The notes under the pieces were generated by a model. That model saw only the letters and a list, made by a program, of their open reading frames with translations. It was not told where the DNA came from and made no database searches. Shown here in pieces: positions 39,190-48,540 of a stretch of DNA of 64,000 nt; the first letter of the stretch is position 1, and every line of letters starts with the position of its first letter. Location: NCBI GenBank assembly GCA_028534125.1, contig CM052818.1, forward strand, positions 30,506,001 through 30,570,000. The letters are read 5' to 3'. Both the position numbers and the translations under genes were made by a program. The stretch comes from Lama glama. Lineage: Eukaryota.

Positions 39190-39510
39190 AGTGAGCTCCG
39201 CTCTGGAGATCACTGCGCTCGGCGTGACAGGCCGTGGGTGGGGCTGCACAGGGCTCCCAGTCGCGAGGGGGCGGAGCGCGCGGCGCGGGGGTGGGCGCCG
39301 CTGCCCGGGCGCCAGGGCACAGCCTCTCTGCACACGGCCCGCCGCCGCCACCGCCGCCATCTTGCCCCGCAGAGGGCGCGCGGCGCTCTGCACAGGCCGG
39401 CGAGCTGAGGGGTCCACGCACCCGTTGCTCACCGCGAGCTCTCCTCTCAGGTGCCTGCTGTGAGCCCTCTGCAGGTGGCACCCTGAGAGCCGGCGCAACT
39501 GGAGGAAGCA
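39190..39510. promoter_or_regulatory. CpG island / promoter-like element with MRE, GC-box, YY1 and CTCF motifs
   Basis: The only strongly CpG-dense block in the window. Motifs: TGCGCTC 39214-39220, GGGGCGGAGC 39268-39277, CTCTGCACACGGCCC 39326-39340, GCCGCCATCTTG 39353-39364 and CCCGCAGAGGGCGC 39366-39379. Moderately GC-rich flanks extend to ~38770 and ~39960. Confidence 0.85.
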
Positions 39511-40444
39511 CAAAGGAAAAGAAAAAAACCCAACCAGGTTAGACTATTTTATTACCCAGCCTCTATTTTCATTTCCGCTGACAGAACCCTCTAGCTGTGT
39601 TGTACCCACTCCTCTCCTTTGTCCCATCTTTGTCTCTTAGGGTCCCCTGAGGTTGTCAGTCGCATTTGAAGATCAGTTTTAAGGTCTCTGTTAGAGCTTT
39701 TTCCATGGTTAGATAGAAAGAAATACGCACTTTTTAGGTGGTTGGACCCTGCTTGTGCTTTTCTCCTCGAACAGCCTCTGGGGGGCCCAGCACTGGCCTC
39801 GGGCCCGGCGGTGCTCCCAGAGGGACCCCTCCGCTCAGGTTACAGTCACATGAGTCCTGTGCTCATCCACAGGCTTCTGGAAGAGGGAAAGAAGGAAGCA
39901 CAGTTATCCCTGTGAGTGGGGAGCGGCAGCGAGAGGTAATGTGCGGGCGAGAGGCAGATGAGATTGTCCTGTTAGCTTACTGACCTGAGTGAGTGTAAGT
40001 GTGCTTATGAAAAGTTAGCCCTAAAGCAAACTTTTGGAATTAAAGATATTTTCCTGTTAATTTTCATAATTAAATGGAAGGTGGTTTTCTCTATAGGAAA
40101 TTTTAATCCTAAAATGGTACAAAGTGCATTTTTTTCTTAAAAAAATCACACACAAGAAGGGGAAAAAAACGTTTTTATAAGCCATCAGTATAATTGGAAG
40201 GCACAGCATGTGCATTTGATGATGAATGGAACACGCTGGATTAGAAGCTGGGCACCAGCCTCCCTAGTGCTCTCAGAGTGCCTTTCTTTGCGTCCCGGGG
40301 AATTAGTGAAAAGAACTAATTGGGCCTGCATAATCTGATAAAACTTAACTGACCAGATGGGCCAGTATAACTTGGAGCCCAGTGTGGAGTTTACTCTTTT
40401 CTTCCTTTCTATCAGGAACGTGGAGTCAGTACGATTTCAGTATA

Positions 40445-41316
40445 CAGGCCCTCTTCACTTTGCATGGTTCTAATAAGTACGAATTTCCATGAACATAATT
40501 TAGTTACATAAAAGCAGTCTCCCAACAACAGTTCAAATTTCAGTTACCACATATAGTAACTGAGAAGAATTATGTAAAGTACCAGCTTTGCAGCAAACTT
40601 TTTAGTCTACAGATCGTTATGTAAATAACATGCATGTTGTGATCACTGACCAGTCACATCCCTTCTTTCAGTCTGTCAGTGATTGGTCCCTGGGCACCTG
40701 TTACTCAGGTCATGCAGGGTCAGGAGAGCCTTCTGTAGTTGTGTTGCTTCCTTATTCCCAGTGATAAAATCATGTGACATTACACTTTTTAATTGAAAAA
40801 AAATTGAATGAAAATTGAAAGACGGAATTGCACAACAAAGATGAAAGTGCCAAAAAGAAACAAGAAGTGTTAACACTGAAAGTGAAATTTGAGTTGAATA
40901 TGAATAGAATTGTAGAAGCAATAGCTGACTGTGGGAATGTTGACATGACCATTGTTCCAGAGACTTTAGATGAGTTCTGCCTTCACCAAGGCATAGAAAA
41001 AAATCTTACTTTGTATCATAAACATACAAGAAGGCAAGCACTATTTGAACTACGCTTGATAACATTTTTTTTAACAAAGAAGGCACTATAATTCTCAATG
41101 TTAAATTACAGTATACTAAATAAATATTACCTTTACTATGTTTCATTTACTTATATGCTTAGAACTAAGAGTAAGAGAGTTTTTAATGTTTTGACAAAAA
41201 TTTTAAGGCCTCTGGAACAATTGTAATTGTTCCATTGATTATTAAATCACTTTGCATGGTTTCAACTTGCATGGTCATTTTTAAGGTCCCATACTACTGT
41301 GCAAAGTGAGGACTGC
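40445..41316 (+). mobile_element. TcMar-Tigger DNA transposon (Tigger13a-like)
   Basis: Inverted termini 'tcactttgcatgg' and 'ctgtgcaaagtgaggactg'. ORF 40828-41091 retains DESAKKKQEVLTLKVK, the Tigger/CENP-B N-terminal HTH motif. Confidence 0.85.
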
Positions 41317-41344
41317 TCATACACACACATACATATGGCTAGCT

Positions 41345-43650
41345 TTTATTGGCTTTTTTAAAAAAAATTTTTTGCGTTTGTGTTCATGAGAGATTGGCTT
41401 ATAGGTCTTTACTGTTGTCATGGTAGTGACCTTATTAGGTTTTATAACTCACAAGCTGAAAAATGTTTCCACCTTTTCTATTTTCTGGAAGCAATTGTGT
41501 ATTAGTATTATTTCTAAAATATTTGGAAGAATCTACCAGTGAAGTCATCTTGTCCTAGAGATTTCTTTGTGGGGAGGTTTCGAATTAACAGTTCAATTTG
41601 TTTAGGAGATAGCAGATTTTCTTTTTCTTGTTTCAGTTTTGATAACTTTTGCTTTTCAAGGAATTTTTCATGTCATCTAAAAATTAAAACTTATTGATAT
41701 GAACTCATTTATAACATACTTTGATATTTGTAGGAACTCTAGCAGTATCTCCTTTAATAATCATGATACTGGTAATTTGTGCCTTTTTTCCCATTGAGTG
41801 TTGCTAGAGGTCTGTGAATCTTATTACATTTTTTTTCCAAAAACATTTTGGCTTTTTTGTTTTCCTTTGTAGGATTGTTTTCTATGTCATTAATGTCTAA
41901 TCTTATCTTTAGAAATTCCTTTTATTCTTTTAGGTTTAATTTGCTCTTTTTTTTCCTAATCTGTAGAGTTTAATGCTTTAATAATTGATTTTCAGCTTTG
42001 CTTTTTAAGTAACATACACATTTAAGGTTTAGAGTCTTCTTTAAGCACTGCTTTAGCTGTGTTTTCAAGTTTTGATGTTACCATGTAGCCCAGAATAGTT
42101 TCTAATTTCATTTGTGTTTTCTGCTTTCACCAATGGGTCACTAGACATATTGCTACTTAATTTCCAAGCATTTGGAGAATTTCTGGTAGATATTTTCACA
42201 TTGATTTATAGCATAATTTCACTATGGTTAGTGTGCTGAGTAATTTCTATCATTTCAGATTTGTTGAGGTTTGCTGTTGTGGGTTGAATTGTGCCTCCCA
42301 AAAGGTGTCAGACTCCTAATCTTCAGTACCTGTGAATGTGACCTTATTTGGAAATAGGGTCGTAGCAGATTTCCAAGTTAAGATGAGGTCATTGCGTGGG
42401 GGGGGGCAGCCCTAATCCAATATGACTGTGTCCTTATAAAAAAGGGGAAACTGGGACACAGACACAGAAACATACCAGGAGAACACCATGGAAAGATGAA
42501 GGCAGAGGATTGGGGTGATGCATCTACAAGCCAAGGAACACCAAAGATCGCCAGCAAAGCTAGGAGAGAGGAGTGTAACAAATTTCTCCCTCACAGACCA
42601 CAGAAGGAATCAATCCTGCCGACACCTTGATCTCAGACTGTTAGCCACAACTGACAGAATAAATTTCTGTTGTTTAAGCCACCCAGTTTGTGGTACTTTG
42701 TTATGGCAGCCCTAGCAAACAGATATTCTTGCTTCACAATTCGACAAGTGTTCAGTTTTGCCAGATGTTCCACATATACTTGAAAAGATTGTTTTATGCC
42801 ATTGTTGAGTGCAATATTCTGTATATCTGTTATGTATATTAATGAGGTTAAATTTGTTAATTATGTTCTATGAGCCTTACTGATTTCTTGAATGTTTGTT
42901 CTGTCAGTGAGCAAGAGAGGTATGTTAAAGTCTCTGTGATTTTGGATCTGTCTGCTTCTGTTTTTGATTTTGTCAATTTTTGCTTCATATATTTTAAGCG
43001 ATGTTATGGTATACATGTGTTTAAGTTTGTTATATCTTCTGAGTGGATCTTTACCATATGAAATGTTCACTTTTCCTCTGGTAATATTTTTCGTCTTTCT
43101 GTATTCTTCATCTGATATTAGTCTAGTTACACAAACATTTTTGGGGTGAGTGTTTGCATAGTATATCTTTTTCTGACCTGCCGCTTTCAATCTTTCTGTG
43201 ACTTGGTAGTTAAAATATGTCTGTTATAGGTATAGGATTTTAAAAATCCAGTGTAGTGTCCTTCTGTATCTTGATTGGAGATTTAGTCAATTTACAGATA
43301 ATGGAGCTACAGATAAATCTGGGCTTGTGTCTATCATCTCACTGTTAGTTTTCTATTTGACTTATCTGTTTTTATGTTCGTCTTTATTTCCTTCTTGCAT
43401 TCTTTTGGACTAATCAGATATTTTAAATTATTTTACCCTATCCTTTAAAAAATTAATTGGTTAATTATGTGTTATTTTACTATTATTTTAGTGGTTACCA
43501 TAGGGATTACAACATGCATCCTTGACTTATTACACTCTAACATAAATGATTATTTTTGCCATTTCTTAACAAAAATAGAGTCTTGGAATACTTAATTTGA
43601 TTTAACCCCTTCCTGTCTTTACATTGTTGTTATACACCTTATTTCTCTCT
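41345..43650 (-). mobile_element. Old L1 (L1M) ORF2 5' half, interrupted by an MLT1 LTR
   Basis: Antisense ORF2. ORF 42861-43190 shows degraded EN-domain motifs (KKIYYANT...RDFNIPL..TDRT). Confidence 0.85.
42275..42727 (+). mobile_element. MaLR solo LTR (MLT1B/C-like) nested in L1
   Basis: 'tgttgtgggttgaattgtg...tgtgaccttatttggaaatagggtc...aataaatttctgttgtttaagccacccagtttgtggtactttgttatggcagccctagcaaac'. A 5-bp TSD-like pair tttgc/cttgc lies at 42270-42274 and 42728-42732. Confidence 0.92.
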
Positions 43651-43654
43651 ATAT

Positions 43655-45460
43655 TTTAAACGTCACAAGTTCAAATCTTAGTAAAGAAGTGTTAGTTTTA
43701 TGACATGCATCTTTCCTTAGCTTCACCTAGGCTGATATTGGAAAGCTCAATGGTAAGTTAATTCTTTTCAGTTCACACCTGAAAACTTATACTATCCACA
43801 TATGTTTTAGACTGTTCACTTTAGCTCCAGAAATTCTAATTTGAGACTTAAAATTTCGCAGGGATGTAGGTTTCCTTTCCTTGATTTGGTACATCTCCAC
43901 TGTTCTGAAAACTGGCATAAGAATTTTAAAGTGCTTACCAGAGTCAGCAGTTGCTGGAACAGAAATGCAATGTAAGCAGTCCAGTGCTTTTTAGTACTTC
44001 TTTGCACTTCTTATTACTGGTCACCACAAAGGTTAGAGGGTTGGAAGTCCTCGGCCACCATTTTGTTCTCGGACCACTTAAACTTCTTGCCTTTCCTGAG
44101 GGTTGTTCTAAAGTTTCTGCGCGTATCACGGAAGGGCCCATATCATTGAAGGATTTTACTCTTCTGAAATCGAAAGAATTTCTCTAATATCCTAAAATTT
44201 GGGGGCTTTAGCCAGTTTATGAAAGTAGAGATTTTTCAAGAGCCGTGTCTATCCCGTTACAGTATTGTACATCTATTACAGTTTATTGACAGAGGGAATT
44301 GCCATTTATCAAGGCATAATTTCCAGCCTGTATTTTCCAGATGATCTAAAAATTTGGGAGCTGATATTTGTGCTTCATCAAAGTCCTCCCAAACATAGCT
44401 CTGTCATTCAGATAAACTAGTACCTTTAGATACTTTGTGTCACTGTCATTTCTGTCATTAGTTGCCTGAATGTTATGAACCCACAAAATGCCTAAAGACT
44501 CAGTTCAAATTGGTACACCACGGGACAGATAAAATATATTTCCTGTTGCAGCCAAAGGAATTTGACTGTGTGTTCTCTTAAATCCAGGGTTAAAGGCACC
44601 TGATATTCCACTAGGCACCCTCGGCATTGAGATATTCAGAGATCAGGATTCAGAGATCATGCCATTGACAAACAGTTCTCTGATGTCTCCTATTAAATCA
44701 TTAATCTTGTTCAGGGAAATCTTAGACTACTCTCTAAATGACTTGGGGCCCATGGATGTTTCCGATGCTGTTCCCCACTCCTGGAGGGTGAAGACTTTAC
44801 TCCATGGCTAGAGCTGCCTCTCCAACCACTTCTGCCACTCTTTTGGAGAATCTCCAAAATTAGACTTTAAACTAAGATTCTCCCACAGCATTCTCAGGTT
44901 GAGGGGGTTGGGGGTTGAGGTTTTTCTCCTTTCCTCTCTGACTGTTTTCCTTAGACATTATTACATAAGTAGAGTTATTGTATAATTTATCATCAAAACC
45001 AATTTTGGGAGTAAAAAGAAGTCCTCTCAATCATTGCTCTAGGTCAGCAGATGTAAACTGGGACTTTATTAGCATTTGGCTTCCCCAGACACAAGGCACA
45101 TGTCGGCAACATAGCTTAAGTAACCATTTCAAGTTTCTGTGCCAAAACCTGAAAGGGGCCAGACTTAGTCCTAATAAAACCCACTATTCCTGACATGCCT
45201 ATTAAGTGAAGGCAGGCCCCAGTTCCTCCTTTATCCCTTAGCAACCGTAGATACTCCAAGTCTACCATAACCGACCTCAAATATGGGAAGAGTAAGCTTT
45301 GTTACCAAAACCACAGAAGTCCAATCCTGTCAATATGTATCAGATTTTAGAAAGATCTGAAAATTACAGTAACTTGTTTCTTATTGTTCAGAATCACAGA
45401 ATATTGTCTATTATTTTGATTATGCATTTTATTGAGGTCCTATTTATCACTAGATAAAGA
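43655..45460 (-). mobile_element. Fossil Gypsy/Metaviridae LTR-retrotransposon pol (protease-RT-RNase H), heavily decayed
   Basis: Hand translation across frameshifts gives colinear motifs. Protease: VILNNKKQVTVIF (45359-45397) and FPYLRSVMVDLEY (45251-45289). Pre-RT: NFGDSPKEW (from 44861). RT: TLDLR, FICPVVYQFE (44504-44533), VLVYLNDRAMFGRTL (44379-44423; YLDD->YLND) and LDHLENTGWKLCLDKWQF (44296-44349). RNase H: YASFQ (43905-43919; DAS) and KLEFLELK* (43816-43842). Confidence 0.88.
44961..45088. mobile_element. MER94-like hAT MITE inserted in the Gypsy pol
   Basis: 'tataatttatcatcaaaacc...ttttgggagtaaaaagaag...cagcagatgtaaactgggact' resembles the recalled MER94 consensus. Confidence 0.7.
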
Positions 45461-45499
45461 ATTTTAAGAAGATGAGAAAAATCCTAAACAAAGTCATAC

Positions 45500-46515
45500 C
45501 TGTTTACCAACCATTGGGAGTGACTACTACAGCAACTTCTTAATCTGGATGTTAGTAATTAAAGGGAAAGAATCAAGCACACAGTAGGGACTTATATCAG
45601 GATAACGACATTGTTTTGGTTTTTAAGCAAAAGCTCTTCTTTACTGAGGAAAAAGAATTGGGGAACTGGATAGCCACAAAGTGTCACTGCCAGACCCAGA
45701 GCTGGTCCCAAGAGGAAAAAAAAATTTATAGTGGAGGGATCTGGTAATCATCACCTTACCCTAGTCATCAGATCAAAATCCCAGTGGTGGGGTAACCAGA
45801 TACCAGGTGCTGTCTCCAGATTGGATGCAGGGTGACACACACAGCATCACTTATGAAGTATTCTTGCTTAAAATGTTTAACCAGAGTCTACTTAAGCCTT
45901 AAGATCTAACTTCAGTTTATGAGAAATACAGAGGATACAGGAAAAAATTGAAACCACAAGGAAACAAATAGACATATCCAGAATATGGCTGTCCTACAAG
46001 ACAATTACTTTGGTCTCTTTGGTAAGAAGGGGAAAAAAGGGAAGGTGTAGCTTCTCACTTAAAAGAGATTTCAGGGACACATTCACCAAATGTAGGGTAT
46101 GGTACTCAATTGGACATTGGTTTGAATAAATCAGTTAAAAAAGGTATTTTTGGGGAAGGGATAGCTAGGCAATTTGAATATAAACTAGGTATTAGGTAAT
46201 ATTAGAAGATTAGGATGAGTTTTGTTAGGTATTGATATTAGAAGATTATGATGAATTTTGTCAGGTGTGAGAAATGCTGTTGTGATTATGTAGAAACAAG
46301 TCCTTACTTTTCAAAGTGCATACTAAAGTGAATAGATAAGAGATACTGTAATGTCTGTTATTTACTCTAAATACTTCAGCAGAAGAAAACTAAAAGAAGC
46401 CAATGTGTCACAATATTAACAATTCTAAAATCTAGGTGATGGGTATATCAGTGTTGATACTGTTTTTTCTCCTCTTCTATACGTTTGAAAGTTTCAATGA
46501 TAAAAAAATTTAAAA
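45500..46515 (+). mobile_element. Old L1 3' end (L1MC/L1ME-like)
   Basis: 'taattaaagggaaagaatcaagca', 'cacacagcatcacttatgaagtattcttgc' and 'tctaggtgatgggtatat...tttgaaagtttcaatgataaaaaa'. Confidence 0.75.
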
Positions 46516-47149
46516 CCTTTCTGTAGCTAAAGATGTCTGACAAATGAAATGTCTGGCTGCCTGACTATATTTCTGGTTTCCCTCTGAGATTAGTGGAAAG
46601 GGAACTGGAAGTTACTGGCTAGAGTGATAAGATTGTTCCATCACTGGTGGTGTGCTTTGAGGCCCTTAATCACAAGGATAGAAAGTGGCCAGCAGGACAA
46701 CTGGCCAGGACACAGATCACAGGGTGTGACTTTGTGTGTGAGGACTTCTTTCTCAGTTCCATCCTGCCCTGAGGCTTCGAGTTCTATCTTATTGGGGGTC
46801 AAACTGTCCTGGACAGTTCCTTAAGCAGTGGAGCAATCATTCAGATGGCTTTTCTGTGACCTTATGGTCTCCTCTATGACCCATTAGGGACATTCCACTG
46901 GGATCAATTATTTGTCTGTTACCTCTGTCTCAGAATCATTTATCCACACATACTTGTGCCTTTGGCCCAGTAAAAACTTGGGGCTAGGGAGAAAGCATGA
47001 AGCTCCTCTAAGACCTAAATCCTTATGTCTTTCCCTGAAAACACCAGATTTAAGGAAATAAGGACTTTGGTATTTAAATAGTTAACACTCTTAATTTTTA
47101 ACCTCAGTGGATTAAATACAGATTCACTTTAGTATATACCTAAAAATTC

Positions 47150-47285
47150 TAGGTGATTATTCCACTTTAAGATGAAGATAATGAAGTCCAGAGAAAGTAC
47201 GGAGTTTGCCTAACACCCTACAGTTTGTTAGTGGTAGAGCTGTAAATGAAACTCAGATCTCATCATTCTGAGTTCATATACTTTT
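47150..47285 (-). mobile_element. MIR fragment
   Basis: 'ttccactttaagatgaagataatgaagtccagaga...ttagtggtagagctg...gaaactcagatct'. Confidence 0.65.
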
Positions 47286-47289
47286 CTTT

Positions 47290-47727
47290 TTTCTTTTGTT
47301 ATTTAACTTATTTTTTATTTGATAAATTTGACAAGTTATATTTTGTACATTTAAGGTGTATAGTATGTTACTTTGGATACATTTATATATTGTAATATGA
47401 TTGCCATTGAAGCAATATTTATGACATCATTATAGTACAATATTATTGCCTGTATTCACTATAATGTGCTATGGCCCATTTATTATTTGTCATAACTTTG
47501 TACCCTTAAACACCATCAGTCTTATCCACCACACCCTCATGCCCCAATGACCACCATTTTACTCTTTTTTTCCTACAAGTTTGACTTTTTTGGATCTACA
47601 CATAAATATATAACAGCATTTGTCTTTTTCTGTCTGACTTTATCTCACTTAGCATAGTGTGCTCAAGTCCATCTATGTTGTTACAGATGGTAGGATATTC
47701 TCCTTTCTCATGGCTGAATAATATTCT

Positions 47728-47764
<37 letters not shown>

Positions 47765-48540
47765 ATCACATCTTTTTCATCTGTTCATCCATTGATGGGC
47801 ATTTGGGTTGTATGCATATTCTTGGCTATTGTGAATAATGCTATCATAAACATGGGTGTGCATATATCTTGTCAAAATGTTAAGTTAATTTCCTTTGGGT
47901 ATATACCCAGAAGTGGAGTTGCTGGGTTGTATGGTAGATCTGTTTTCAATTTTTTGAGGAATCTCCATATTGTTTTCCATAGTGGTTGAATTAGTTTACA
48001 TTCCCATTAACATTGTATAAGGGTTCCCTTTTTTTTTTTTAACCACATCTGCTCCAGAACTTCTTGTCACTTGTCTTGTGGCTGATAGCCATTTTAGTAG
48101 GTGTGAGGTGATACCACATTGTGGTTTTGACTTGCATTTCTGTGATGATTAGTGATGTTAAGCGTCTTCTCTTGTGCCTGTTGGCCATTTTGATGTCCTC
48201 TTTGGAGGAATGTCTAATTCTTATGCTCACTGTTTAGTCAGATTATTTTCTGTTATTAAGTTGTGTTCTTTATATATTTTGGATATTAACACTTTATCCA
48301 GTACATGATTTGCAAAGATTTTCTCCCATTCTGTAGGCTGCTGTTTAATTTTGTTAAATTGTTTCTTTTTCTCTGCAGAAGCTTTTGAGTTCCATTTGTT
48401 GACTTTTGTTTTTGTTGTTTATGCTTTCAGCATTATATCCAAAAAGTCCTTGCCAAGACCAATATCAGTGAACGTCCCTTTGTTTTCTTCTAGGAGTTTT
48501 ATGGTATTAGGATTTATGTTTAAGTCTTTGATCCATTTTG
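47290..48540 (-). mobile_element. L1MA-like 3' end and ORF2 C-terminus, with an internal (TG)n at ~47732-47762
   Basis: Antisense L1. ORF 48039-48230 reads RHSSKEDIKMANRH...TMWYHLTP. Confidence 0.92.

Noticed and set aside
39146..39542. Four overlapping Ala/Pro/Gly/Arg-rich ORFs
   Set aside because: Expected from stop-codon scarcity in a CpG island, and not called as CDS.
37850..40440. Searched for the Gypsy integrase downstream of RNase H
   Set aside because: No HHCC or DDE motifs were recognisable by hand translation of the parts examined.
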